From Candidatus Saccharimonadota bacterium (lineage in GTDB: Bacteria > Patescibacteriota > Saccharimonadia > Saccharimonadales > SLHW01), in NCBI GenBank assembly GCA_050486305.1, contig JBJHDA010000001.1:115071-179070 (forward strand): 64,000 nucleotides of DNA, given 5' to 3'. The notes beneath the pieces were generated by a model. It was not told the DNA's origin. It worked only from the letters and a program-made list of their open reading frames with translations, and searched no databases. Within the stretch, counting starts at the first letter, position 1. Every line of letters begins with the position of its first letter. This document shows, piece by piece, positions 1 to 9,503 of the stretch. Both the position numbers and the translations under genes were made by a program.

Positions 1-1
1 G

Positions 2-508
2 ATGCTTGTTAAGGAGGCGCTGGAACTTTACGACGAAAAAGAGTTCGCTTTTACGGCTGAGATTATGCGAAAAGTTGAGCGGGACGTATATCTGCAGGTT
101 TTGGATAATCTTTGGATGCAACACCTGGAAAACATGGATCACTTACGCGAGGGTATCCACTGGATCAGTGTTGGGCAGCGCGATCCGTTGGTTGAGTATC
201 GCCGACAGGGCCAGGTACTGTTCGAGACGATGCAGTCCAGCTTGCGGCATGATGTACTTCGGGCGCTGTTCCACGCTCAGCCTGTCACTAAGGAAGAGCT
301 AGCTCGTCCGGTAGAGACCGAGCTGACCAAAGCAGCCCGGCACTCTATCAATAACGCCAAGCAAATCCAGCAAGCAGAGCAGCATGACGAATCAGAATAT
401 ACCTCAAAGCGCAAAGAAGTTCGGCAAAAGCAAAAGCAGCAAATACAAAAGAAAAAGTCACGGAAGGCCGAGCGGCAGCGCAAGAAAAAGGCCAACCGCA
501 GGAAGTAG
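2..508 (+). CDS. secA: Preprotein translocase ATPase SecA, C-terminal fragment (5' end outside window)
   Basis: Frame is open to the window edge. The translation DNLWMQHLENMDHLREGIHWISVGQRDPLVEYRRQG matches the conserved SecA C-terminal scaffold region. It ends in a Lys/Arg-rich tail rather than a Cys-rich zinc motif. Confidence 0.85.
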   Translation: MLVKEALELYDEKEFAFTAEIMRKVERDVYLQVLDNLWMQHLENMDHLREGIHWISVGQRDPLVEYRRQGQVLFETMQSSLRHDVLRALFHAQPVTKEELARPVETELTKAARHSINNAKQIQQAEQHDESEYTSKRKEVRQKQKQQIQKKKSRKAERQRKKKANRRK

Positions 509-518
509 GAATGTAGGC

Positions 519-1811
519 GTGCAGCATAGTGTCAGCGAACTAGTTTTACCGAATGGCGTCAGAGGGCTATTAGTACATATCCCGACGGCAACAGTCATGT
601 ATAGCGAATTCAACTTTCGGGCCGGTGAGTATTTGGTAGATAAGAAAAAATGGGAAACACCTCATCTTATGGAGCACATGGTGCTCGGCGCGAACGAACT
701 TATACCAAAGGCCCGGACGTTTCAGGCGGAATTTGAGAAGAATGGGGCTTACAGTAATGCCAGCACCGGCAGCTATGACATCAGCTATGAAGCCGAGTGT
801 GCGGACTTTGAGTGGGACAGAATACTTGATTTGCTGCGCATCGCGATAACCAAGCCGTTGTTTCTGCCAGAAGAGTACGAGGCAGAGTTCGGTAACGTCC
901 GCGAAGAATTAACCTCACGCTCGAACAATCACTTTCGCAATCTGAGTTTGGCGATGCGAAAAGGCTTTGGTTTTTACGCGATGACGGACAAAGAGCGGCT
1001 CAAGCTGATGGACAATGTATCAGTGCAGGATATCAGGGACCATTTCAATAACACGCACACCACGAGCAACCTGCGTTTCATTATTGCAGGTAAGCTGCCG
1101 ATGAAGCGCCGTAAAGTGATCAAAGAGCTGCTGGGCGGGCTCGAACTGCCAAAAGGTGAGGGTCGGGTCGACTTACCTGACGAAGAACCCCAGACATTCA
1201 CCGAGCCATTATATATCCATAATAATACGGTGAAGAATCTTTATTTTTATATCGATACATTTTTAAATCGCCGGATGCGCGACCCCGAACAGGACGCACT
1301 GAACCTCGTAAACAGCATGCTAACAGCGACATTATACTCACGCATCCTAGGTACTGCCCGCGAAAAGGGCCTCGTATACGGCATGAACTCTGGCGTAAAC
1401 CAAACCAAGCTAGCGAGTAACTGGTGGTTTGGCTCACAGGTCATGCCGCAAAATGCCGAGGCACTGTTTGATATTATTCGCCGGGAACTGCAAGCTGTCT
1501 TCGAAGGAAAGATCAGCGAGGAAGATACGCACGAAGCGAAGCAGTACGCACTTGGGCGGTTTCAGCGGAGCGGGCAAACGGTGGCTGGTGTCGCGATTGG
1601 CTATGCGAATCGCTATTTCTTTGATGACGAAATCGAAGACTATTACAAGATGCCGGAGCGAATTCGGGCGGTTTCAAGGAATCGCATCGTTAGTATCACG
1701 CAAAGCATGTTCCACGATAACGTTTGGGGTATTGGCGTCCTCGGCAGCAGCGGTAAGGACTTTACCCATAAGCTGGAGCAAAAGCTACAGCCACTGTGGC
1801 GCAAGCCGTAA
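519..1811 (+). CDS. M16 (pitrilysin/insulinase) family zinc peptidase
   Basis: Inverted zincin motif HLMEH (HxxEH) lies near the N-terminus, and the ~430 aa length fits M16. The track ORF starts at 384 but overlaps secA; in-frame GTG at 519 just after the secA stop was chosen (start uncertain). Confidence 0.75.
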   Translation: MQHSVSELVLPNGVRGLLVHIPTATVMYSEFNFRAGEYLVDKKKWETPHLMEHMVLGANELIPKARTFQAEFEKNGAYSNASTGSYDISYEAECADFEWDRILDLLRIAITKPLFLPEEYEAEFGNVREELTSRSNNHFRNLSLAMRKGFGFYAMTDKERLKLMDNVSVQDIRDHFNNTHTTSNLRFIIAGKLPMKRRKVIKELLGGLELPKGEGRVDLPDEEPQTFTEPLYIHNNTVKNLYFYIDTFLNRRMRDPEQDALNLVNSMLTATLYSRILGTAREKGLVYGMNSGVNQTKLASNWWFGSQVMPQNAEALFDIIRRELQAVFEGKISEEDTHEAKQYALGRFQRSGQTVAGVAIGYANRYFFDDEIEDYYKMPERIRAVSRNRIVSITQSMFHDNVWGIGVLGSSGKDFTHKLEQKLQPLWRKP

Positions 1812-1871
1812 ATTATTGCACTTACGCTTATTCTGTGCTAGTATAACCCCTTGTAAATAGCAAAAACAAAC

Positions 1872-2708
1872 ATGTCCGCAGAACAAACGAACGCAGAAGC
1901 AGTAAGCGCAGCGCCAGCTCAGCCGTCAGGCTACGACCCCGTCCGGCTTGCCCGAGAGCGAATGGACGCGTTCGTGCTAGCCCTAACAATTACATTTGTT
2001 CTTAGCTTCTTTTTTCTTACCGGCGTGATTTTTGATGCTGGGTTTGTCGTATCGTTCGTTATTATTCTTGCAGTTATCTTGCTGTATATCCGGCTGTACC
2101 AGATTAAATTCTTGGGTAACGCACTGCGAGTCCAGACCGGACGCCATGCCTATCTGCTAGAAATCGTAGATGAGGTATCTGGTCGGCTCAATATGCCGAA
2201 AGTAGATGTGTTTATCGCCCAAGACCCATACCTTAACGCTTTCGCGGTCGGCTACCATCATCCGTATACGATCGTATTGCACTCGGCAACGGTGGATGAG
2301 CTGACGCCAGAGGAGCTAAAGGCGATTCTTGTGCATGAAATGGGACATATTAAATACAAACACACCATTATCATGGCCTATATTCAGCCAATGTCTGTGC
2401 TTGTGCCGGTACTTGGGCCGATTGTGGCCTGGTCTTTTGGGTTCTGGTCTCGGCGGGCTGAGCTTGCTTGCGACCGCTTAGCTACGGCATATATGAACGA
2501 TCCGCACGTTGTAGCGAGTGCCCTCATGAAGGTGCATGTCGGTTCAAAATTTGCTGCTTATATGACAGAAGAGGGTGTGTATAAGCAGGACGTGCAGAGT
2601 AAGGGTGTTATGCGGCTTTTGTCGCAGTCGCTCGCGACGCATCCGTTCCTGGTGACCCGTGTCAGCGAGATTATGAACTTTTCTAAACGGGCAAAAATTA
2701 CGTTATAA
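1872..2708 (+). CDS. M48 family (HtpX-like) membrane zinc metalloprotease
   Basis: HEMGH (HExxH) motif follows two hydrophobic N-terminal helices; further TM segments follow. The layout is typical of HtpX/Ste24-like peptidases. Confidence 0.75.
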   Translation: MSAEQTNAEAVSAAPAQPSGYDPVRLARERMDAFVLALTITFVLSFFFLTGVIFDAGFVVSFVIILAVILLYIRLYQIKFLGNALRVQTGRHAYLLEIVDEVSGRLNMPKVDVFIAQDPYLNAFAVGYHHPYTIVLHSATVDELTPEELKAILVHEMGHIKYKHTIIMAYIQPMSVLVPVLGPIVAWSFGFWSRRAELACDRLATAYMNDPHVVASALMKVHVGSKFAAYMTEEGVYKQDVQSKGVMRLLSQSLATHPFLVTRVSEIMNFSKRAKITL

Positions 2709-2756
2709 TACGAAACAATTACGAAAAACAAAAAGTAAAAACGAAAGGCATAGAAA

Positions 2757-3920
2757 ATGCAGCCGCAAGAGCCAAACCAAAACACAAATAATGTCCCGTC
2801 CGGCCAAGGACCTCCTTCGCAGCCAGCGCCCGGTCCTGCGCCAGTGATGCAGGGTCAGCCAGGCAGCCAAATTCAGCCAGATACTCCAGCTGGAGGGGCA
2901 GCTGCTGCCCAACAGCAGCCGGCAGCATCGCCGTTGCAGCCGGTTCAGCAGCAAGCGACTGTTATCGGCCCTTCGCCGACAGAGCAGGGACAGCAAGCAG
3001 CACCAGCAGCAGGTCAGCCGCCTATGCCTCAGCCGACTCCCGCCGCATCGCCGCCGCAGCAGCCATCTGAGCCGACTCCGGCCACTCCACCACAGCCACC
3101 GCAACAGCCTGCAGCCGTAAACAGCGCTCCCGGCAACCCTGGGTCGCCGATGCAGCCAGTGACGGGTACAGGATCGATGCCGCAGCAGCCACAACCGATG
3201 GCTCCGCCTCAACAGCCAACACAGCCAAACTTTAGCTATCCGACTGAAGCTACCAAAAAGTCACCGCTTAAAAAGGTGCTGATTGCGGCTGGAGCGGTTG
3301 TACTCGGGTTCGCTGTTTTAGGTGGCAGTCTCGCGCTTTTCGGCGGACTGCTCGGTGGTAATGTCTCGTACGGTGATATGACGCGGACAGCCACAACAGC
3401 AGATGATCGGGCAAATATATCAGTAGAACATCCTGTTGAGATGGAAGAAGTCTTCACTGGTCCGAGCAGGCTGGAGGTCAGGCACAAAGGGGAAGATGGA
3501 CAAGGAATGTACTCTGCCGTTAATGTGGATTCGGTTTTTGTCGGCAGCGAGTCGATGGCAGAGTTTAAACAGGAGTTCATCGGCGATTTAACCGACACAT
3601 CTAGTGATACTTACAAACTGTTTATTGATGAGATGAACCGCTCAGCTGCTGATAATGATCTTGACGATTTGCAGATTGGCGCATTCCAGACGTATGAAAA
3701 TGATGACGGCTCTATCGCCGACGGGCTGTTTGCCGAATATACGGGCAGCATACCTCGGGTTGATAATGAATCGAGCCTTGTTCCGGTCCGCGGTGTATTC
3801 ATTCTCGTCTTTAACGACGAAGGCTATCTGCATACGATTGATGTGGCCGCTCTTGAAGAGGTCTGGGATGCAAACAAAACAACCTTCGAAACGGTAGTCG
3901 CGAGTGTTCGGCTTGAATAA
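2757..3920 (+). CDS. Membrane-anchored protein with long P/Q/A-rich N-terminal low-complexity region; function unknown
   Basis: 387 aa ORF with about 160 aa of Pro/Gln/Ala-rich sequence. This is followed by one TM helix (VLIAAGAVVLGFAVLGGSLALFGGLLGG) and a ~190 aa non-repetitive C-terminal domain. Confidence 0.6.
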   Translation: MQPQEPNQNTNNVPSGQGPPSQPAPGPAPVMQGQPGSQIQPDTPAGGAAAAQQQPAASPLQPVQQQATVIGPSPTEQGQQAAPAAGQPPMPQPTPAASPPQQPSEPTPATPPQPPQQPAAVNSAPGNPGSPMQPVTGTGSMPQQPQPMAPPQQPTQPNFSYPTEATKKSPLKKVLIAAGAVVLGFAVLGGSLALFGGLLGGNVSYGDMTRTATTADDRANISVEHPVEMEEVFTGPSRLEVRHKGEDGQGMYSAVNVDSVFVGSESMAEFKQEFIGDLTDTSSDTYKLFIDEMNRSAADNDLDDLQIGAFQTYENDDGSIADGLFAEYTGSIPRVDNESSLVPVRGVFILVFNDEGYLHTIDVAALEEVWDANKTTFETVVASVRLE

Positions 3921-3957
3921 AAAACACTTACGTCCGACAGTTGCTATACTATGACTC

Positions 3958-5046
3958 GTGAACCAGTTAAAAAAAGATACTGAGCAGTTACGGCGTGAAG
4001 TGCAGCAGGCGTGCGATAAGCTTGCTATTGCGAAGCTTGCGAAAGAACATCAGCAGCTGACAGAAGAAATGGCCCAACCGACGTTTTGGGATAACAGCAG
4101 TGAAGCTCAAGAGAAGTCAAAACGTCACGCCCGGCTGAGTGAGCAAATCACGCCGTGGCTAACACTCCAGGCAAACACAGACGAAATACTGGAGCTAATT
4201 GAGCTGGGCGACCCTTCACTGACATCTGATCTAAATGCTCAGCTCGGGCAGCTGCAAAAAACATTCTTGTCACTAAAGGACCAGCTCAAGTTTACCGGCC
4301 AGTATGACCGGCACGATGCAATCATGACGATCCACGCCGGTGCAGGCGGTACTGATGCGCAAGACTGGGCAGAGATGCTGCTTCGGATGTATGTCCGGTG
4401 GGCAGAGAGCGAAGACATCAACGCTTCTATCTTAAACGAATCTGCCGGCGATGAGGCTGGCATAAAGAGTGCGACGCTTGAGCTGTCCGGTAATTTCGTC
4501 TTCGGGAGATTAAAAGGCGAGCACGGTGTACACCGTTTGGTTCGGCAGAGCCCGTTTAATAGCGATAATTTACGCCAGACGAGCTTTGCTATGGTAGAAG
4601 TTATTCCAAAGATAGATCAGCCAGAGGAAGTAAAGATCGACGAGAAAGACATCAACGTCGATGTTTACCGCAGCGGAGGAAAGGGCGGTCAATCGGTTAA
4701 TACGACGGATTCAGCTGTTCGGGTAACACACCTGCCGACGGGCATCAGCGTAGCGATACAGAACGAACGCTCGCAGATTCAAAACAAGGAGACAGCTATG
4801 ACGATTTTGCGCTCTAAATTAGCACAAATGCAGTTAGAGCAGCATGCGGAGAAAATAGAGAACCTCAGAGGTCCGAATACTTCAGCAGAGTGGGGAAACC
4901 AAATTAGAAGTTACGTACTCCATCCGTACAAACAGGTAAAAGATATACGGACCCGCTACGAAACCAGTGACCCGGACAGAGTCCTGAATGGCGACCTGAA
5001 CGAACTCATTGAATCATACATGGAGTATTCACTCGGTAAGAAGTAA
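3958..5046 (+). CDS. prfB: Peptide chain release factor 2
   Basis: GGQ motif (SGGKGGQSVNTTDSAVRVTHLPTGI) and the RF2-specific SPF tripeptide (RQSPFNS) are both present. It is a single uninterrupted ORF from GTG 3958. Confidence 0.93.
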   Translation: MNQLKKDTEQLRREVQQACDKLAIAKLAKEHQQLTEEMAQPTFWDNSSEAQEKSKRHARLSEQITPWLTLQANTDEILELIELGDPSLTSDLNAQLGQLQKTFLSLKDQLKFTGQYDRHDAIMTIHAGAGGTDAQDWAEMLLRMYVRWAESEDINASILNESAGDEAGIKSATLELSGNFVFGRLKGEHGVHRLVRQSPFNSDNLRQTSFAMVEVIPKIDQPEEVKIDEKDINVDVYRSGGKGGQSVNTTDSAVRVTHLPTGISVAIQNERSQIQNKETAMTILRSKLAQMQLEQHAEKIENLRGPNTSAEWGNQIRSYVLHPYKQVKDIRTRYETSDPDRVLNGDLNELIESYMEYSLGKK

Positions 5047-5086
5047 AATTATAATAATATTATAATGTTATTATAATAAAATTATT
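5044..5086. repeat. 43-nt almost pure A/T tract (one G), related to the tract at 32408-32462
   Basis: TAAAATTATAATAATATTATAATGTTATTATAATAAAATTATT begins at the prfB stop codon. It shares the exact 18-mer TTATTATAATAAAATTAT with 32420-32437 and contains several TATAAT hexamers. Confidence 0.8.
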
Positions 5087-5208
5087 GAAGATAAATCGCC
5101 TCAAGCAATTCGCATCAAACAGCATAATCGGCCAAAGCCAAGGACGATAAATGCGGGCTAAATATATGTATAGTCTTTCTGCTTATTTATGTATAATAGG
5201 AATCGCTA

Positions 5209-5889
5209 ATGATTTTGCTAGACAGAGTATCTAAGGTATACGGCAAGGACGTAACCGCACTTGAGAATATTTCGCTGCACGTTGAGCAGGACGAATTCGT
5301 TATTATAATCGGTAGCTCCGGAGCCGGTAAGTCCACGCTGCTTAAGTTACTAACAAGAGAAGAAAAGCAGTCTACCGGAAAAATTGTCATCGGTAACATC
5401 GACTACGATAAACTCCGGGATAAGGAGATTCCTTACCTACGCCGAAAAATCGGGGTAGTGTTTCAGGACTTTAAGCTATTGCCGAACAAAAACGTATTTG
5501 AGAATGTCGCGTTCGCGCTGGAGATAGTCGGTCATTCAAACAGAGAGATTAAGCATATCGTACCGAAAGTATTGAATGTCGTTGGCTTGCGCGGAAAAGA
5601 AAAGCGGATGCCGCCGGAGCTGTCCGGCGGAGAGCGGCAACGGGTCTCGATTGCTCGGGCAATCGTCCGCCAGCCGAAGATTTTGATCGCTGACGAGCCG
5701 ACCGGTAACCTCGACCCAGGTCACGCTTGGGAGATAATTCGAATCTTAGAAAAAATTAATCGTTTTGGTACGACAGTAATCTTAACGACGCATAACCAGG
5801 AAATTGTCAATAAGCTAAAGCGGCGGGTTGTGACGATTCGTGACGGCAGAATTACCAGCGATAAGGCCCACGGAGAATATAGTAAATAA
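5209..5889 (+). CDS. ftsE: Cell division ABC transporter ATP-binding protein FtsE
   Basis: Walker A GSSGAGKST, ABC signature LSGGERQRV and Walker B ILIADEPTGNLD are present. It is immediately followed by ftsX. Confidence 0.92.
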   Translation: MILLDRVSKVYGKDVTALENISLHVEQDEFVIIIGSSGAGKSTLLKLLTREEKQSTGKIVIGNIDYDKLRDKEIPYLRRKIGVVFQDFKLLPNKNVFENVAFALEIVGHSNREIKHIVPKVLNVVGLRGKEKRMPPELSGGERQRVSIARAIVRQPKILIADEPTGNLDPGHAWEIIRILEKINRFGTTVILTTHNQEIVNKLKRRVVTIRDGRITSDKAHGEYSK

Positions 5890-5890
5890 G

Positions 5891-6847
5891 ATGAAGAAAG
5901 ATAAGAATTTAAAGCGAATCTTGATAACAGGGTACCGCCTGGGCTTGACGGGCGTTTATAACCTGTTTCGCAACGCGTGGCTGAGCGTTGCGGCTATGGC
6001 CGTGATGTTTGTGGCGTTAAGTATTTTGCTGTTTTCGGTGGTACTGAACATTACGACCAGCAATGCGATTACGGAGCTTTCGCGCAGCCTGCGTGTCTCT
6101 ATCTATCTAGAAGATGACGTTACCGAGGACGATCAGTTCACCCTGGAGAACGCTCTGGCGTCAAGTGAGCATGTCGATACGATTGAATATATCTCAAAAG
6201 ATGATGCCCGCCGTCGGTTTACTGAAAGCTTCCGGGATGACGATGCACTACTTGAGGGGTTGTTGCTTGTCGGGAGCGATTCGCTGCCGGCTTCTTACGA
6301 GGTAAGCGCGACGACGCTGGAGAATTTCGACAAAATAGAAGAAATCGCCCTGCAAGAGGAGTTTGAAGATGCCGTTGAGAGCATTACGCTCGGCCGGACC
6401 GACGCCCGACGGACGATAGAGCGCGCTGCTTCTGCTCAGCGATTTATCACCTCGGCGAGCGCGTTAGCGGCCTTGATATTTACGGTTATTTCGGTGCTCA
6501 TTATCTTTAATACGATCCGGATTGCTATATTTACCCGAAGCGAAGAAATACGGAACATGAAGTTGATCGGCGCCACACCATGGTATATTCGTGGTCCTTT
6601 CATTGTAGAGGCGGCTATTTACGGTATCATAGCCGGCTTACTGGCAACCGCAGCAGTCTACGCCATCATATACTCGATTGGCCCGAACATCGCCAGTCAA
6701 GATGAGTTCGCTGAGACGTATCAATTATTGACAGAGGCAGGAACGATGGCAATCGCTACGATTGCGACCGTTGCTGGCGGTATCATCGTCGGTGCGTTTT
6801 CAAGTATGCTGGCGATGAGCAAATACCTTCGCCTGAAACGCTGGTAG
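5891..6847 (+). CDS. ftsX: Cell division permease-like protein FtsX
   Basis: ATG lies 2 nt after the ftsE stop. The protein has an N-terminal TM helix, an extracytoplasmic domain and three C-terminal TM helices, the typical FtsX topology and position. Confidence 0.85.
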   Translation: MKKDKNLKRILITGYRLGLTGVYNLFRNAWLSVAAMAVMFVALSILLFSVVLNITTSNAITELSRSLRVSIYLEDDVTEDDQFTLENALASSEHVDTIEYISKDDARRRFTESFRDDDALLEGLLLVGSDSLPASYEVSATTLENFDKIEEIALQEEFEDAVESITLGRTDARRTIERAASAQRFITSASALAALIFTVISVLIIFNTIRIAIFTRSEEIRNMKLIGATPWYIRGPFIVEAAIYGIIAGLLATAAVYAIIYSIGPNIASQDEFAETYQLLTEAGTMAIATIATVAGGIIVGAFSSMLAMSKYLRLKRW

Positions 6848-6939
6848 CCTGCACGGGATAGCTACCCCTGATAAAACTGCTTGTGTTTAGTAGGTATGTT
6901 CGGTATAATTTTAGTCGCAGCAACAGAAAATAAAAATCT

Positions 6940-8148
6940 ATGCAAAAAACTCAAACTTATCTTAGTCTGCAACGCTGGTTACTTATTGGATTAACCGTGC
7001 TTGTTTCGTTTGGTCTTTTTATCGGGAGTATATCTGGCATATTTGCCCAGGGCGCTCAGCAGCTGCGTAATGAATCAGAGGATATACAGCAGGAGCTACA
7101 AGAAACGATCGCTGAAGCTGAGCGGTTACAGGACCAGGCGGTAAGCCTTGAAGAGGCAATTGAAGAGCTGGATGAGGAAATCGAGGATGCTACCAAAGAG
7201 ATAAAGCGATTGAGCAAAAAAGTTGAGGGCTTGCAGGCCGAGCTTGACGTTGCCCAAGCCGAACTTGACAGGCAAAAAGCCTTGCTCAGGGCGAATATGC
7301 GCACGCTTTATAAGCGGGGCGGAGCGAGCACGGTTGAATTGCTTGCCTCGAGCGAAAGCTTTTCTGAGTTTATCGATGAACAAGAGTACCTGGAGCGGCT
7401 AAAGACGGCGATCCAAGAGTCAACGAAGGTCGTGCTAGGCATCCAGCTGGAAATACAAGCCCAGCGCAACGAGCAGCAAGAGCTTTTACATCAGCAAGAG
7501 TCAATTAAGCAGCTGCTAGCTGATACACGGGCTGAGCGGGAGCAGTTGCTAGATGAAACGCTCTCTGAGGAACAGCGTCTGCGTGAACACAGCCAAAGCC
7601 TAGCCGAGCGCCAACGTGAAATAAATCGCGAGTTTATGCGGATGAGCCAAATCGTAACGACAGAAGGAACGGGCGGGTATCCGTGGGCGAATGCACTGTG
7701 CGTTTATACGGATTTACCTGTCGGACCGTGTCGCCACCCAACTGACAGCTGGGGTGATTTTGAATGGTATATCGGCAACAAGAATAATCGGCGGGATAAG
7801 TGGGAGAACTTCTATCGGAACTGCACATCGTACGTGGCGTGGAAGAGTGCGAACATGGGCTTTGAGATAACGCCGCTCGGGCCGGGCAGAAGCGGGCTTG
7901 GTGATGCTGGCTCTTGGCATATCAATGCAAGCCGGTTTCCGGAGCTAACGGTGGGCAATGAGCCGAAGGTGGGCTCGTTTGCTGTCTTTGCTTCCGGGCC
8001 ATTTGGCCACGTGGCGTATGTTGAAAAAATTACAGGCGACAGGGTTTTGATTAGTGAGTATAATCTAGTGGCTGACGGGGTGTATTCCGAGCGCTGGATA
8101 CCGCGCTATCAACCGACTGCCTATATCTACACACCGTTTTCGAACTAG
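6940..8148 (+). CDS. Coiled-coil + CHAP domain peptidoglycan hydrolase (PcsB-like architecture)
   Basis: Signal/TM segment followed by ~220 aa of heptad-like E/Q/L-rich coiled coil. The C-terminal CHAP domain has the Cys motif NCTSYVAWK and the His motif GHVAYVEK. Confidence 0.8.
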   Translation: MQKTQTYLSLQRWLLIGLTVLVSFGLFIGSISGIFAQGAQQLRNESEDIQQELQETIAEAERLQDQAVSLEEAIEELDEEIEDATKEIKRLSKKVEGLQAELDVAQAELDRQKALLRANMRTLYKRGGASTVELLASSESFSEFIDEQEYLERLKTAIQESTKVVLGIQLEIQAQRNEQQELLHQQESIKQLLADTRAEREQLLDETLSEEQRLREHSQSLAERQREINREFMRMSQIVTTEGTGGYPWANALCVYTDLPVGPCRHPTDSWGDFEWYIGNKNNRRDKWENFYRNCTSYVAWKSANMGFEITPLGPGRSGLGDAGSWHINASRFPELTVGNEPKVGSFAVFASGPFGHVAYVEKITGDRVLISEYNLVADGVYSERWIPRYQPTAYIYTPFSN

Positions 8149-8170
8149 ACACTTTTCAGGGGGGAATGCG

Positions 8171-9448
8171 ATGAGTGGTGGTAAAAATTCTGGCTTTGCG
8201 CGCATGCGTGAGCTTTTACAAAAGATACGTATTGCAATGGGCAAGCGTAAGCGATATAATAATGCTACTGTTTCTAAAACAAAAAACAGACAAAAAATGG
8301 CGAAGCAAAAAACACAGGTTAATCAGTATTTTCGACGTCTCTCGATGTTTGTCATCGCGGGGTTTGTCGTCGGCAGCTCACTGTCTGTTATTACGTTAGT
8401 TTCTTTCGGTGGCGCCCAAAGTATTGAGGATCTGCGCCAAGAATCAGAGCAGCTGCAGGAAGAGATTGAGCGGAGCGATCAGCGGGCAGACGAGCTGGCT
8501 GAGCGGGCGTTTACACTTCAGGATGCAATTAGCGGCTATGATACGCAAATCGCAGAGGCGAACCGGCAAATTGAACAAATAAGCAACGAAATTTCCCGGC
8601 TGAAAAAGGAAATCAAGGAAGCCGAGGCCGAACTTGAGCGGCAAAAAGAGTTATTACGAATCAATATGCGTGCCCTCTATCGGCGGGGTGGCGCCTCAAC
8701 CATCGAGCTATTAGCTGCCAGCGATAGCTTTTCCGAATTTATCGATGAACAAGAGTACCTAGAGCGACTGAAGAGCTCTATCCAAGATTCAGCAAATCAG
8801 GTCATCGTACTGCAGGAGCAGCTGGAAGAACAGCAGGCCGAACAGGAAGATTTGTTAAGCGAGCAAGAGTCTGTCCGTAGGACATTAGCGGATGCCCGGG
8901 CAAGCCGGCAGCAGCTGCTGGATCAGACACGTGGCGAAGAGGCTCGTTTCCGTCAGCAGGTAGAAGCTTTGCAGGAAAAGCGCAAAGAAGTAGAAGAAGA
9001 ATTGCGACGAATGATTCTGGCCGGCTCAATTGCGAGCCAAGGCAGGGTTGAGGCCGGGCAAATGATCGGCCGGGTCGGTATGACCGGCTTTACCTTCGGT
9101 CCTCACTTGCACTTTGAGGTACGTAACCTTAGCACGTGGGCTCCAATGAACCCGAATTATGGCGGCGGTGAAAGTATCGGTTATGGCAAAGTTTGGCCGG
9201 TGAACGGCTCGAACTGGCTGTCGCAGAATTATGGCTGCCAGTCGCGTATCGCCTACGCAACCTCATGCGGGCCGAACTCTTGGCTTCATACTGGGCTGGA
9301 TATTGCAGCGCCGATTGGAACGCCAGTAGTGGCCGCTAAGGCTGGTGAGCTGCGCATTCCCGGTGATCTTGGTGACGGCTACGGTATCCGGGCAATCGTG
9401 GAGCACGATGACGGAACCGCGACATTGTATGCACACTTGAGTCCGTGA
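8171..9448 (+). CDS. Coiled-coil + M23/LytM-type metallopeptidase (EnvC-like architecture), catalytic segments in non-canonical order
   Basis: The coiled coil is paralogous to the preceding gene (LLRINMRALYRRGGASTIELLAASDSFSEFIDEQEYLERLK vs LLRANMRTLYKRGGASTVELLASSESFSEFIDEQEYLERLK). M23 motifs GPHLHFEVR and HTGLDIAAPIGTPVVAAKAG...LYAHLSP are present but in reversed order. Confidence 0.8.
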   Translation: MSGGKNSGFARMRELLQKIRIAMGKRKRYNNATVSKTKNRQKMAKQKTQVNQYFRRLSMFVIAGFVVGSSLSVITLVSFGGAQSIEDLRQESEQLQEEIERSDQRADELAERAFTLQDAISGYDTQIAEANRQIEQISNEISRLKKEIKEAEAELERQKELLRINMRALYRRGGASTIELLAASDSFSEFIDEQEYLERLKSSIQDSANQVIVLQEQLEEQQAEQEDLLSEQESVRRTLADARASRQQLLDQTRGEEARFRQQVEALQEKRKEVEEELRRMILAGSIASQGRVEAGQMIGRVGMTGFTFGPHLHFEVRNLSTWAPMNPNYGGGESIGYGKVWPVNGSNWLSQNYGCQSRIAYATSCGPNSWLHTGLDIAAPIGTPVVAAKAGELRIPGDLGDGYGIRAIVEHDDGTATLYAHLSP

Positions 9449-9503
9449 CCCGTAGTAGATAAAGGACTTACCAATTTAAATCGCTTCTGTATAATGTGAG
9501 TGA

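Noticed and set aside
384-518. The N-terminal 45 codons of the track ORF 384-1811 overlap the secA 3' end in another frame.
   Set aside because: The Lys/Arg/Ser-rich translation mirrors the low-complexity secA tail, and M16 homology starts only after about 519. This is most likely not translated, so an in-frame GTG at 519 was used instead.
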